This document shows, in pieces, positions 23,217-34,430 of a stretch of DNA of 64,000 nucleotides. A model generated the notes under the pieces. The model searched no databases. It worked only from the letters and a program-made list of their open reading frames with translations, and was not told where the DNA came from. Location: assembly GCA_963733035.1 (NCBI GenBank), contig CAVTBU010000007.1, positions 416,001 to 480,000 of the forward strand. Direction: 5' to 3'. Source of the DNA: Pirellulales bacterium. GTDB lineage: Bacteria > Planctomycetota > Planctomycetia > Pirellulales > PALSA-1355. Within the stretch, counting starts at the first letter, position 1. Each line of letters opens with the position of its first letter. The position numbers were made by a program, and so were the translations under genes.

Positions 23217-25069
23217 ATGCTAGGGCGCAGTCAACGAGGAGGTGCGGCCTTCATCGCGGCCGTATGCTGCGTGCTTGTCGCGCCGGCACACGCCGCTGCG
23301 CCTTCGGTTGCCGACCGCGGCCAGGTGAAGCAGGCCGAATCGGCCCTCACGCGGGCCGGAAACTTCTATCGAGCCAAGAAATATCGCGAGTCAGGCGACG
23401 CCGCCCGCGAGGCGATCGGGCTTGTAGAGGCTTTGCCGGCCGACGATTCGCGGGCCTGGCAGTCGCTGCTTGAGCCGCTGCGAAAACAACTGACGCGTGC
23501 CAAACAACTCCTGGCCACGCATGGCGTCGAGATTCCCGAACTGTCCGCTCCCAGCGCGGCCCCGCCGGCCGGCCTTGGCGCCAGTTTTACGAAAGACGTG
23601 ACGCCGATTTTGCTCTCGCGGTGTGGCAACTGCCACGTGCAGCGTGCCCGAGGCGAGTTCAGCATGGCGAGTTTCGCGGCATTGGCAAAGGGGTCGCCCG
23701 GCGGAACCGTCATTATGCCCGGCGACGCCGAGGGGAGTCGGATGATTGAGCTCGTCGAAACGGGAGACATGCCGCGCGGTGGCGGCAAGTTGAGCGCCGA
23801 GGAATTGACGGTGCTCAAGTCCTGGATCAACGCAGGTGCCAAGTTCGACGGAGACGACGAGGCCGCCTCGCTGGCCAGCCTCGCGCCGAGCACTACGCCA
23901 GCAACGACTAAGCTCGAAGTCGTCGCGGCCGGAGCGCAGGATGAAGTGCGATTCGCGCGCGATATTGGACCGATCCTGCTCAACAACTGCTTGGAATGTC
24001 ACGGCGAGCGCAACGCGGGGGCCAACTTCAGCATGAGCACGTTTAGTCGCCTGCTGCAAGGGGGCGCAGCCGGTCCGCCGTTTGTGCCCGGCAAACCGGC
24101 CGATAGCCTAATCATCAAAAAGCTCCGCGGCACGGCCGGCGGGGCCCGCATGCCCCAAGGTCGCGATCCACTGCCAGAAGCGACCATTGCGAAAATTGAA
24201 AAGTGGATTTCGCTGGGCGGAAAACTCGACGGGCCGGATCCGGGAATGGCGCTCGCGGATGTCGTTGCCCAGAATGCGGCGTCCCGAATGACGCATGCCG
24301 AGCTGAGTAAAGAGCGCGTGGCTCTCTCGGCAAAGACCTGGCGGCTGATTCTGCCCGACGTAGAAGCCAATCGTGAGGAGAGCGAGAACGTGCTCGTCGT
24401 CGGCGGCGTCGGCAAGGAGGTCCTCGCCGAAGTAGCACTCACGGCCGATGAACAAGTGGCGAAGCTCCGCAAACTTTTCAAGGTTCCCGACAACGAGCCG
24501 TTGATTCGCGGCCGCCTCACGCTCTACGTCTTCGACAAGCGCTACGACTATGGCGAAGTGGGCACGATGCTTGAACATCGCGAGTTGCCTTTGACTTGGC
24601 ACGGCCATTGGGCCTATAGCCCGCTCGAACCGTACGGTTGCATTCTGCTCTCCGACCGCGGCAAAGCCCCGCCGGGCCTGGTCGCGCAACAAATCGCCGG
24701 CGTGTACGTGGCCAGTTTGGGAAATGTGCCCCGTTGGTTCTCTGAAGGCAGCGCCCGCGCGATCGCCGCACGCATCGATCCGAAGGACCCGCGGGTCCAG
24801 CAGTGGGACGACCGCGTTGCCGAGGTGCTGGCCACCACCGACAAGCCCGAGGGCTTTCTCACGGAAAAACTTCCCCCGGAAGATGGCGACGTGCTGAGCT
24901 ATAGCTTCGTATCGAAGCTGCTCATGTCGCCGACGACGCGCTACGTGGCCCTGATTGCGCGCTGCAGGAAGGCGTGCAATTCGACGAAGCATTCGCCAAG
25001 TCGTATCGAGGCACTCCGGCCGAAGCCGTGCCAGCCTGGCTTTCCCGCGTCAGCCGCCGCCGTCGCTAG
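23217..25069 (+). CDS. Exported protein with two planctomycete cytochrome c domains and a peptidase-like C-terminal domain (frameshift ~24960)
   Basis: SFTKDVTPILLSRCGNCH, FARDIGPILLNNCLECH, MP...WI..G; PRWFSEG; the alternative frame ends ...SRVSRRRR* at 25069. Confidence 0.8.
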
Positions 25070-25102
25070 GGTCCGCGAGTTTCCCTCTTATAGGGCCGGC
25101 GA

Positions 25103-25342
25103 TTAAAGACCGAAACTTTCCCGGCTTACCAGCGACCCAATGGTTTCCCACCGCCCCGACTCGCCCAGGAAGCAATACCCTCGGTCGCCGACGATGCCGT
25201 GGCTGCCGGCATAGCTGTGGACGATAACTGGCTTGGCATCGATAGTCGTGTACTCGTGGCCGTTCCAATGCAGCAACAGCGCCTGCGATTGACGTCCGGG
25301 TTCCAGAGTTTCGACCAGTTCGAATAGTTGTAGTTGAGCCAT
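25103..25342 (-). CDS. Small hypothetical protein
   Basis: GGAGA RBS; 79 aa; directly downstream of larE on the same strand. Confidence 0.55.
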   Translation of the reverse strand: MAQLQLFELVETLEPGRQSQALLLHWNGHEYTTIDAKPVIVHSYAGSHGIVGDRGYCFLGESGRWETIGSLVSRESFGL

Positions 25343-25364
25343 GATCGGTTTTCTCCGCAAAACC

Positions 25365-26201
25365 TTAGTTCGAACGCGACAACGACTCGATGCTCACGAG
25401 GGAATTCAGACTACCCGAGCGAAACCCCTCGAGATCCAACGTCACGCATTTAAAACCTAGTTCCTTCAGCCGCGCAACGAGCGGTTCGCGATGCTCCGGC
25501 ATACACATTTTGGCGAGCGCCTCGACGGGAACTTCCAGCCGGGCAACATCGCCCCCGTGATACCGTACGCGCACGTTACGCAAGTCCTGCGAGCGCAAGA
25601 ATTGCTCGGCGGCGTCGATCATTGCCAGCCGCTCGGGCGAAACGTGTTCGCCATAGGCCACCCGGCTGCTCAAGCAGGGCGTCGCCGGTTTGTCCCAAAT
25701 CGGCAGTTCCCACTGTTGGGCCAGGGCACGCACCTCGGCCTTGTTGAACCCGCACTCGGCCAAGGGACTCGCCACGCGATGTTCGCTGGCTGCCTTCATG
25801 CCGGGGCGATAGTCACCCTGGTCGTCGATGTTCGCCCCGTTGAAGATCACGTCGGAGCCCAGTTGCTCGGCAAGGCCTTCAATCTGAGTGTAAAGTTCAG
25901 TTTTGCAGTGATAACAGCGGTCTGGCGCGTTGCGAAGATATTCCGGTTTGGAAAACTCGTCGGTGTTGATGACCGCGTGGCGAATGCCGATCAGGGCGGC
26001 CAACCGGCGTGCCTCGTCCAACTCTCCCGAAGCCAGGCTGGCGCTCGTGCCCGTCACGGCCACCGCACGGTCGCCCAGAACCAGCTGCGCCGCTTTCGCC
26101 ACCACCGTGCTGTCGATTCCGGCCGAGAAGGCCACCGCGCAATTGTCGTATTTGCCAATGAAGGCGAGCAGACGTTCGCGTTTCGCGGCCAGGTCGGTCA
26201 T
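25365..26201 (-). CDS. larE: LarE-family PP-loop sulfur transferase
   Basis: AFSAGIDS PP-loop, RCYHCK, DYRPG, PCLSSR, VRVRYHG, LDLEGFRSGS. Confidence 0.9.
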   Translation of the reverse strand: MTDLAAKRERLLAFIGKYDNCAVAFSAGIDSTVVAKAAQLVLGDRAVAVTGTSASLASGELDEARRLAALIGIRHAVINTDEFSKPEYLRNAPDRCYHCKTELYTQIEGLAEQLGSDVIFNGANIDDQGDYRPGMKAASEHRVASPLAECGFNKAEVRALAQQWELPIWDKPATPCLSSRVAYGEHVSPERLAMIDAAEQFLRSQDLRNVRVRYHGGDVARLEVPVEALAKMCMPEHREPLVARLKELGFKCVTLDLEGFRSGSLNSLVSIESLSRSN

Positions 26202-26393
26202 GCTGGTAAACAAAACAAGCTACGGGTCAGTTTGCGACGGGCAATCGAATTATACACCCCACGCGTCACCCTGGCAGAGACGAGATTGGCGGCGCGACAC
26301 GATTGCCGCACGTCGGCTACTTGCACGGCTAAAATGTCTGTGGGATATTTGCAGACATTGCTCACTTCAGCGGCACTCCCAGCAAGGCTACGC

Positions 26394-27106
26394 ATGCAGA
26401 TTTGGCCAGCGATCGACCTCCGCGGCGGCAAATGCGTGCGTCTCCAGCAAGGAGACTATGCCCGCGAAACCGTGTTTGGCGAGGATCCCGCCGCCACGGC
26501 TCGTCACTGGGTCGACGAAGGGGGGCAGTATCTCCACCTGGTCGATCTCGATGGTGCCCGCGCCGGCGGCGTCGCGAATTGGGACAGCATCGCTGCCATT
26601 TTGGCCGCCGTCGACGTGCCTTGTGAACTGGGCGGCGGCGTGCGCGATCAGCAGACGATCGCCCGCCTGCTCGACATGGGGCTCCAGCGCGTGGTGATTG
26701 GCACGTTGGCCATCAAGCAGCCCGATTGGTTTCGCCAGATGTGCGCGCTATTTCCAGGTCGGCTGGTGTTGGGAATCGACGCCCGGGGCGGCCTGGTGGC
26801 CACCGAGGGCTGGCTGGAGACGAGCCACGTGCGGGCGGTCGAACTGGCCCAGGGATTCGCGCCGAAAAAATCGCGGCGATCATCTACACCGACATCGAAA
26901 CCGACGGCATGCTCAGCGGGCCGAATCTCGCCGCGCTCGAGCAGATGGCCACGGCTGTCGACCTTCCCGTGATCGCTTCGGGCGGTGTGGCCACCGCCGA
27001 CGACATTACTCGACTATCCAAGTTGCCCGTGGCAGGTTGCATCATCGGGCGCGCACTCTACGAAGGAACCCTGAAACTAGCCGACGCGCTAGCTCGAGCG
27101 CGTTGA
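26394..27106 (+). CDS. hisA: ProFAR isomerase HisA (frameshift ~26865)
   Basis: IWPAIDLRGGKCVRLQQGDY, LHLVDLDGA, GGGVR; then IIYTDIETDGMLSGPN, IASGGV, IIGRALYEG in a shifted frame at an A-run. Confidence 0.93.
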
Positions 27107-27137
27107 CAAGCTTCCTATTCACAGAAGGGAAACTAGC

Positions 27138-29234
27138 ATGGCGCAGATCCAGGTCCAGGATATTCGCAACATTGTTTTTGGCGGCCACGGATCGGCCGGA
27201 AAGACTTCGCTGGCGGACGCCATCTTGACTAAAACCGGCGCCGTCACGCGGCCGGCCAGCGTCGACGACGGCACGAGCATCTGCGACTTCGACGAGGAGG
27301 AAAAGCATCATCACCATTCGATCGAATCGTCGCTCGTGCACTTCGAGCATGCCGGCAAGCACTTCAACCTGATCGACACGCCGGGCTACCCGGACCTGAT
27401 CGGCCAGGTGCTCGGCGCGCTGCACGCCGTCGAAACCGCGGCGATCGTGGTCGATGCCCATTCCGGGTTGGGCGTAAACACGCGACGCGTCTTTAGGGAG
27501 GCCGGCCAGCGGGGCCTCGGGCGAATTGTCGTCATCAACAAGATGGATACCGAGAATGTCGACTACCCTGCCCTGCTCGGCTCCATCCAGGAATTGTTCG
27601 GGAGCGCCTGCATCCCGCTCAATGTTCCAATCGGTCACGGCCACGACTTCAAGGGCGTCGTCAGCACGCTCAAACCCGACAGCGCCGACGGCGCGCTCGT
27701 CGACCCGGCCTCGATTCGAGAGTCGTTGATTGAGGCGATCATCGAGGTTGACGAGGCAGTGACCGAACGCTACTTCGAGGGCAATCTCCCGACCGACGAG
27801 GAAATCTCGCGGTTGATCGTCGATGCCGTGGCCCAGGGAACGCTGATTCCGGTGCTGAGCGTTTCGGCAAAGACCGGCGCTGGCCTGCCCGAACTGCTCG
27901 ACGCGCTTGCCCTGTGTGCGCTGCCACCTGACAAGATCGAGCGCACGGCGAAAAACGAAGGCGGCGAGGAGGTGGTGCTCAAGGCCGACCCGGCGGGCCC
28001 CTTGGTCGCCCAAGTGTTCAAGACGCGCATCGACCCGTTTGTGCACAAATTGAGTTTCATTCGCGTCTTTTCCGGTACCCTGAACAAGGACGACAGCGTG
28101 CACGTGTCCGGCGCAAAGAAGGGGGTTAAGCTGCATCAGTTCCTTTCGGTGCAAGGGGGGGAAACGCATCCGATCGAACATGCCATTGCAGGCGAAATCG
28201 TGGCCGTCGCAAAGGTCGACGAATTGCACACCAGCTACTCGCTGGGTGAATTGGAACTACCCAAAATCAAATTCCCCACGCCAATGGTTGGGCTGGCCGT
28301 CTCGCCCAAGAGTCGCGGCGACGAAGGCAAGCTCTCAGGCGCGTTGCAAAAGATCGTCGAGGAAGACAGCACCGTTGCCTTGCATCGCGACGCGCAAACG
28401 CACGAGCTGGTGATGAACGGCATGAGCGAGCTGCACCTGCAAATGATTCAGGAGCGACTCAAGCGGCGCGACAAGGTGGAAGTGGATACCAAGGAGCCCA
28501 AGATTCCCTACCGCGAAACCGTGCAAGCCAACGCCGAGGGAAGCTACCGCCACAAGAAACAGAGCGGCGGCCGCGGCCAGTTTGGCGAGGTGCACATCCG
28601 TGTCTTCCCCTTCCCCACCGGGACCGACCCGGCGGAGTTCTGCACCAAGGAACGTTTTCCCAGCATGCGCGAGTTCCACTACGACCCCGATCATCATTTC
28701 CTCTGGGTCGATTCAATCGTCGGCGGTTCGATTCCCAACAACTTTCTGCCCGCCGTCGAGAAAGGCTTCAAGGAGCGGCTCGCACGCGGTGTCATCGCCG
28801 GCTACCAGGTGGAAAACGTCGGCGTCGAAGTCTTCTTCGGCAAACACCATCCGGTCGATAGCTCGGAAGCCGCCTTCAAGACGGCCGGCTCGATGGCCTT
28901 TCGCAACGTCTTCCAGGAAGCCAGGCCAGGGCTGCTCGAACCGGTGGTCGTGCTGCACGTCACTGTGCCCGGAAGCAAGCTGGGCGACATCAACAGCGAC
29001 ATGTCCGGACGCCGCGGCCGCGTGCTGGGCATGGATTCGGCCGGTGGCGACCTGCAAACCGTGACGGCCGAAGTGCCGCTAGCCGAGGTGACCACCTACG
29101 CCCGGAGCCTGTCGAGCATCACCGGCGGTCAGGGGAGCTACACGATGGAATTCGCCCGCTACGATCTAGTGCCCGGCAACGTGCAGAAAGAGATCGTCGA
29201 CAAGGCCGTGCTCAAGGAGGAGGAAGAAGAGTGA
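27138..29234 (+). CDS. fusA: Elongation factor G-like protein (EF-G II type)
   Basis: GHGSAGKT, DTPGY, NKMD, PYRET, KKQSGGRGQFG, HPVDSSEAAF. Confidence 0.9.
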   Translation: MAQIQVQDIRNIVFGGHGSAGKTSLADAILTKTGAVTRPASVDDGTSICDFDEEEKHHHHSIESSLVHFEHAGKHFNLIDTPGYPDLIGQVLGALHAVETAAIVVDAHSGLGVNTRRVFREAGQRGLGRIVVINKMDTENVDYPALLGSIQELFGSACIPLNVPIGHGHDFKGVVSTLKPDSADGALVDPASIRESLIEAIIEVDEAVTERYFEGNLPTDEEISRLIVDAVAQGTLIPVLSVSAKTGAGLPELLDALALCALPPDKIERTAKNEGGEEVVLKADPAGPLVAQVFKTRIDPFVHKLSFIRVFSGTLNKDDSVHVSGAKKGVKLHQFLSVQGGETHPIEHAIAGEIVAVAKVDELHTSYSLGELELPKIKFPTPMVGLAVSPKSRGDEGKLSGALQKIVEEDSTVALHRDAQTHELVMNGMSELHLQMIQERLKRRDKVEVDTKEPKIPYRETVQANAEGSYRHKKQSGGRGQFGEVHIRVFPFPTGTDPAEFCTKERFPSMREFHYDPDHHFLWVDSIVGGSIPNNFLPAVEKGFKERLARGVIAGYQVENVGVEVFFGKHHPVDSSEAAFKTAGSMAFRNVFQEARPGLLEPVVVLHVTVPGSKLGDINSDMSGRRGRVLGMDSAGGDLQTVTAEVPLAEVTTYARSLSSITGGQGSYTMEFARYDLVPGNVQKEIVDKAVLKEEEEE

Positions 29235-29435
29235 GTGGCGACCGGTACCAAATCGCCTAAACTCCGTGGGCCGAGCGGTCCGAAGACTAGACCAGGAAGC
29301 TTGATTTTGCGGCCTGTGACGCCTACGATTGTCGGCGAAACGGCTGTTTTGCTAGCACGCCCTACTTTTCACTCGGAAATTCGGCCTGAAGTCCTCACGA
29401 TCTCGGGGCGAGTCGACCTGCGGAGTGCATCAACC

Positions 29436-29492
29436 ATGACGACGACCAAAGATCAACTGGCTCGGGGTTGTCGCTGCTCCTGTACGATGTAG
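29436..29492 (+). CDS. Cys-rich leader peptide MTTTKDQLARGCRCSCTM, candidate cysE attenuator uORF
   Basis: GGAG at 29422-29425; three Cys codons within five codons; lies directly upstream of cysE. Confidence 0.65.
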   Translation: MTTTKDQLARGCRCSCTM

Positions 29493-29589
29493 CCGTTAGC
29501 GGCTACCTTCTTCGCTCTCCGTTTCTCCGTATTTCGCCCGCCCCGCGGGCCCCTTTTCCGCGCACCGGTGATGTGGTGCAGGAGCACGA
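29471..29589 (+). promoter_or_regulatory. Anti-SD/SD duplex and alternative hairpins of the cysE leader
   Basis: 29471-29490 pairs with 29571-29589, covering AGGAG; hairpin GTAGCCG/CGGCTAC at 29489-29506; alternative hairpin GCACC/GGTGC at 29562-29579. Confidence 0.65.
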
Positions 29590-29594
29590 ACACC

Positions 29595-30554
29595 ATGGCC
29601 TCGGACTTACGCCGCAAAGAACAACTGCCCGAACTGACCAAGCTGATCGTCGATACCTATTCCGAGCTTCCCTCGATCAGCCACCTGGGACATTGTCCGC
29701 TGCCCAACTACAAGATGGTGGTCAGCGCCGTCGAGGACATCAAGGAGATCCTCTACCCGGGCTATCGCCGCCGCGAAGGGCTGCACATCGGCAACGTGAC
29801 CTACCACGTGGGCGACCTGATCGACGGCTTGCACGATAAACTGACCACGCAAATCGCTCGCGCCATGCGGCACGACGCCGGCTACTCGCACGATTGCGAC
29901 ACGGAGGACCACGACTTCGAGGCCCTCGGCCAGGCCAAGGCGATCTTGTTCCTCGAAGCGCTGCCTGAGCTGCGCAAGATGCTGGCGCTCGACGTGCAAG
30001 CGGCACACGACGGCGATCCGGCCGTCAAGACGCTCGACGAGATCATCTTCTGCTATCCCGGTCTCGAGGCGGTAACGATTTACCGCGTGGCTCACTTGCT
30101 GCATCAGTTCGAAGTGCCGCTGATTCCGCGAATGATGACCGAATGGGCCCATTCGAAAACCGGCATCGACATTCACCCGGGCGCCAAAATCGGCAAGCAC
30201 TTCTTCATCGATCACGGCACGGGCGTCGTGATTGGCGAAACCTGCGAGATCGGCGACCACGTCAAGCTGTACCAAGGCGTGACGCTCGGTGCCCTGTCGT
30301 TTGCCACCGACGGCGACGGCAACCTGTTGCGCGGCCACAAGCGGCACCCGACGATCGAGGACCACGTCGTCATCTACGCCAACGCCACCGTGCTGGGCGG
30401 CGCGACGGTCATTGGGCACCACTCCGTGATCGGTTCCAGCGTCTGGCTCACCCGAAGTCTCCAGCCGCATACGACCGTGGTGCTGGAAAAGCCGAAATTG
30501 AAAATGCGGGCCGACATCCAAGAGATGCATCCCGAGGCGAATTTTCAGATTTAA
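29595..30554 (+). CDS. cysE: Serine O-acetyltransferase (CysE/EpsC type)
   Basis: [62 protein letters not shown]. Confidence 0.93.
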   Translation: MASDLRRKEQLPELTKLIVDTYSELPSISHLGHCPLPNYKMVVSAVEDIKEILYPGYRRREGLHIGNVTYHVGDLIDGLHDKLTTQIARAMRHDAGYSHDCDTEDHDFEALGQAKAILFLEALPELRKMLALDVQAAHDGDPAVKTLDEIIFCYPGLEAVTIYRVAHLLHQFEVPLIPRMMTEWAHSKTGIDIHPGAKIGKHFFIDHGTGVVIGETCEIGDHVKLYQGVTLGALSFATDGDGNLLRGHKRHPTIEDHVVIYANATVLGGATVIGHHSVIGSSVWLTRSLQPHTTVVLEKPKLKMRADIQEMHPEANFQI

Positions 30555-33202
30555 GCGATTGCCGGGGCCTTCGCGGCTGAGTTGCCGCGTTTGCGCCGAC
30601 TGAGCCAGCCGACCAACGCGACACTCAGCAAGACGCATGCGCTCGCGCCGCTGATCAGGGCGCCATAAAGAATGCTCCTCGGCCGATAACGATAGACGAG
30701 CCGATGTTTACCGGCGGGCAGTACCACGCCACGCATCACGCGGTTGGTCCGCAAGATCGGAACGGTCCGCCGCTCTCCGTCGGTCTCCACGAAGGCTTCC
30801 CAACCCGGATAGTGCTGGTCGGAAAGAACAACGAGCCCCGGAGCAGTCAGCCGCGCATCGATCTCCACGCGCGACGGTTCGGCCGCCACGATTCGGCAGG
30901 ATTCCGAGCGGGTCGTGCCTTCCGCCACCGGAGAAACCGAGAGCGTTGAACGCGTCTCGACGACCGCTGTCGCTCGCCAATCGCGTGGTTGGCCGTCGGG
31001 AAAGGCAATCTCAGAAGTAAACTTCTCGATCCTGCGCGGCGAATTGCTTTCCAGCGGCGGCAACACTTTCACATCGTGGACGATCCACGTCCGTGGGAGG
31101 GCCGTCGGCCGCTCACCCAGCAACATGTCTTCCGCGATTTCGATCGGCCGACTTATCTCTTCGCTTGAGGTCATCGAGACAAGCGCCGACCGGGCGCCCA
31201 CCAGGTCGAGCAACGCCGGGTCGGGAAGGCCCCCCCTCCCCGACCGCCGATTGTGTGTCTGCGCCACTTTGAGAAGGATCGCATAGTCGCTGCCGGCGAC
31301 GGTCTGCAGCACCTCGGCCAGCGGCACCTCTAGCGGCAGCGGAAATCGGGGCCATAGCGTGTCGCGATACCAGCGTAGGCCCTCTTGATAGCGGTCGGGC
31401 GATGCGGTCGTTTCAAACGACGGGGGTGTCGGCGTCAGTTGACGGAATAGGCGGTAGTTCGACGTGTCCTTGGGCAAACGACTCAGAACCCGCGGTCGAA
31501 AACGCCACAGGTCCGCAGGCGCGTAGACGACAAGATCCTTTTGTGCCGCTCCAAGATCGATGGCCACCACCGCGGTCATGGCAACTTGCATCAATCGTCG
31601 ATAGGATGTGCGTCGGCCGAGCCATAGGATGGCCAACACGACGAGGGAAACCATCGAAGCATGCAGCAGAGCGTCGGCAAAGTCCGTTAAAGCGCCCTTG
31701 CCGTCGAGCGGACCCAGCCAGGGGGCCGCGGTCGCACTGGCGAGCGATGACTGAATTTGTGGCCAGTCATAGAGCGTGCCGGCGCCTGCCGCCGCGCCCA
31801 CAAGTGGAATCAGCATCAGCCAGTTCAGCAGCCGGCGGCTGCCTGATTCCCAAACGTCGCGCCAGCCGTAAGCTGCCAGCATGCTCAACCCCAGGCTTGC
31901 GAACACGAATAGCTTGGACGGATAGCGGAACTGAATGTATCCGGGCAGGAAGGTCGCCAGACACCAATACAGTCCCCCGACCTCGCCACCAACGCCAAAA
32001 TCCTCGGAGCTACCTACGGGTAGACCAACCGCCCAGGCAATGCCGTACCAGCCGAAGCTCCCGAGCACGCCGAATAGCGTCATCCACGAAAGAGCGCGCA
32101 CTACCACGTTGGCACGACGACGCAGGCTCCAGATTGTGCACGCCAACACGAATGGCAATAGGCCCATGTACAGCGACGGCATCCAGAAGTTCGACTCGGC
32201 ATCGAAGGCCGATAACCAACGCCTGTGCGTCGGACCGGGACGCCCCGTGATGTTGGGCCAAATCAATTCGACCGCCCGCCACGGTTCGACACTGAAGTAA
32301 TAGACTTTGGCATGATGGCCGCGTGGCGAACCGCCGAGCAAGCCCTTCAATGAAATACCTTCCGTGTCATCGGTACTTTGGGTCCAAGCTTGTGCGAATT
32401 CATAGACGCTTCGCGGCTCGTCGTATCGGGCCCTCGCGCTGTAGGGCGACGCCTCGAACGTAGGCAGCGCTTGAATTGCCGCGAGGGCACCGGCCAGGCC
32501 CATCCCGGCCACCAACAGCAACGGCCTCGATTTGCGCCAACCGGCGCGGAGTGTGGGGCCCGCTGCTGACACCGCTCGCTTGTCATGGCGCCACAGCAGC
32601 AGCGTATAACCGGCTGCGAGCAATGCCGTGTTGTAGGCCATTTGCGGGTCGCCTCCCAACACCATCAGCGCCAGCGTCATGCCAAAGCCCACGGTCGCGG
32701 TCGAACGCCGTTCGCGCAGCATCCGATCGGCATACAACAGGGCCAGCGGCAGCCATGCCGCGCCGACCAAAAAGATCACGTTGCAGTACTGGAACAGCAC
32801 GCTGCCCGAGAACGCATACGAGAGAGCCGCCACACTGGCCCCCAGCACACCGGCGCGTAGATGCCGGGCCAGCGCATAACTGGTACCGGCCGCCAGCACC
32901 ACGTGCAGCACGATGTACAAGTTGTACAGCCAGGTGTAATCCGCCGGCAGCGCGAACAGCAGCTTGCCGGGATAGAACACGCTGGAGGTGTTCTCGGCGA
33001 CCAGCGGCACGCCCAGGTTTTCATAGGGATCCCACAGCGGCAGACGCCCGGCGCCCCACTCCTGGCGAATGTACTGAAACAAGGGGTGATAGAAGTGTGC
33101 CGCGTCGCGAAAGGCGAAACTCGAACCACCCCCCAGGGCCGGCGCGAACAGCCAGACGACGAGCACGCTGGTTAGCAGCAGGATGGTCAATCGGGGTTTC
33201 AA
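30551..33202 (-). CDS. YfhO-like membrane protein (GT-C fold)
   Basis: [21 protein letters not shown], many TM helices, [12 protein letters not shown]..., [22 protein letters not shown]. Confidence 0.85.
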   Translation of the reverse strand: MKPRLTILLLTSVLVVWLFAPALGGGSSFAFRDAAHFYHPLFQYIRQEWGAGRLPLWDPYENLGVPLVAENTSSVFYPGKLLFALPADYTWLYNLYIVLHVVLAAGTSYALARHLRAGVLGASVAALSYAFSGSVLFQYCNVIFLVGAAWLPLALLYADRMLRERRSTATVGFGMTLALMVLGGDPQMAYNTALLAAGYTLLLWRHDKRAVSAAGPTLRAGWRKSRPLLLVAGMGLAGALAAIQALPTFEASPYSARARYDEPRSVYEFAQAWTQSTDDTEGISLKGLLGGSPRGHHAKVYYFSVEPWRAVELIWPNITGRPGPTHRRWLSAFDAESNFWMPSLYMGLLPFVLACTIWSLRRRANVVVRALSWMTLFGVLGSFGWYGIAWAVGLPVGSSEDFGVGGEVGGLYWCLATFLPGYIQFRYPSKLFVFASLGLSMLAAYGWRDVWESGSRRLLNWLMLIPLVGAAAGAGTLYDWPQIQSSLASATAAPWLGPLDGKGALTDFADALLHASMVSLVVLAILWLGRRTSYRRLMQVAMTAVVAIDLGAAQKDLVVYAPADLWRFRPRVLSRLPKDTSNYRLFRQLTPTPPSFETTASPDRYQEGLRWYRDTLWPRFPLPLEVPLAEVLQTVAGSDYAILLKVAQTHNRRSGRGGLPDPALLDLVGARSALVSMTSSEEISRPIEIAEDMLLGERPTALPRTWIVHDVKVLPPLESNSPRRIEKFTSEIAFPDGQPRDWRATAVVETRSTLSVSPVAEGTTRSESCRIVAAEPSRVEIDARLTAPGLVVLSDQHYPGWEAFVETDGERRTVPILRTNRVMRGVVLPAGKHRLVYRYRPRSILYGALISGASACVLLSVALVGWLSRRKRGNSAAKAPAIA

Positions 33203-33272
33203 CGAGATCGGCCCGCGCCAGCAAAGAAATGGAAGCCTTAGCTGGCCATCCTAACACGAGCCGAGCCGGCCG

Positions 33273-33578
33273 TTAACGTGCCGGTCCAATTCCCTGGCAA
33301 CGCCGCGCCACCCGCGCCAACTCTCCGCGCAGACGATGGCAATTGGCCACCACGCCCACGACGCTTTCGTCTAAAAACCGTGGGCCCTTGGACTGCCAAG
33401 GCGGCTCGATCGCCGCGGCGTCGACCAACCCCCGCGCCAAACGCGCAAATAGCGACGCCAGCGTCCGGTCGTCCGATTCGGTCACAGCCGCGTCGCGCGG
33501 CGAACCGCCGAGCACTGGTTCGATCTCGATCAGTCCAACCAACTCGCTGCATTGCGGGTAACTAGCGCGATCAGGCAT
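33273..33578 (-). CDS. Hypothetical protein
   Basis: 101-aa ORF filling the gap between two co-oriented genes; no recognised motif. Confidence 0.35.
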   Translation of the reverse strand: MPDRASYPQCSELVGLIEIEPVLGGSPRDAAVTESDDRTLASLFARLARGLVDAAAIEPPWQSKGPRFLDESVVGVVANCHRLRGELARVARRCQGIGPAR

Positions 33579-33589
33579 ACAAGGAGTCT

Positions 33590-34168
33590 TTAGAGTCCGG
33601 CTTTGCGGGATGACGTTTGCGCGATTTGGGCAGATGCGTGAGGTGCCGTGCACGTTTTCGTTGGGACTGGTACCCCTTCTCCGACAAATAAACGCACCGC
33701 TGGCGCCGACTGCCGCTCGATATCGCGGAGCAACCTCTCCAAAGCCCGATCGTTTTCAAGCGAATCGTCCATTTGGCCGAGCAGGCGACGCGGCGCCGGC
33801 TGGCGCACCTGTTCGCAACGCGGCCAGTCAATGCTCACTTGAAACTCGTAGGGTCCCAATTGCACGCGATCGGCGTCCTCGAGCGTTGTCGCGGCAACGG
33901 TCCTGTCGCTCACGCAAAGCGGAGGGCCGCTTCCCAGGTGTCGGATAGTTACTCGCTGCTCGCTCAGATAGAGGTAGCTGTGCAATTCGTCGAAGCGAGG
34001 ATCCCCGAGAACCAGGTCGCAATCCGCTGCCGAGCCGATCAGAAACGCCGCCGAACGAACGTCGCGGCGCTTGTGCCGGGCACGCCCACGCGTGATTTCC
34101 AGGATGACTTTCGGAAGTGAGCTGCCAGCGGGAGACGATTCGCTTGGTGCTGAGTCGGTCGGGTACAT
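33590..34168 (-). CDS. FHA-domain protein
   Basis: FLIGSAADCDLVL...ELHSYL...IRHLGS...LEDADRVQLGPYEF. Confidence 0.7.
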   Translation of the reverse strand: MYPTDSAPSESSPAGSSLPKVILEITRGRARHKRRDVRSAAFLIGSAADCDLVLGDPRFDELHSYLYLSEQRVTIRHLGSGPPLCVSDRTVAATTLEDADRVQLGPYEFQVSIDWPRCEQVRQPAPRRLLGQMDDSLENDRALERLLRDIERQSAPAVRLFVGEGVPVPTKTCTAPHASAQIAQTSSRKAGL

Positions 34169-34430
34169 CCTTAGAATCAATCCGGCGGCCAGGGGAAGGT
34201 TTGCCAACCGGCAATTTGCCGGCAGCCGGCGCATCGCAAACGATTTCGATCCGCCTGAAAGCAACTTCGGCAGGCCCTGCCCCGCGCGGTGACTCCGACT
34301 GGCACCGTGGCGCGCGTTTTCGCCGCATGGTGGGTGCGGTGGGTCGACGTAGTCAAGATAGTCCGGCAACGGGCGCAATAATCAAGCGCCAGGCGAACTT
34401 CGGCGTCCGCGGCAAGAGCCTGGGCGGCGC

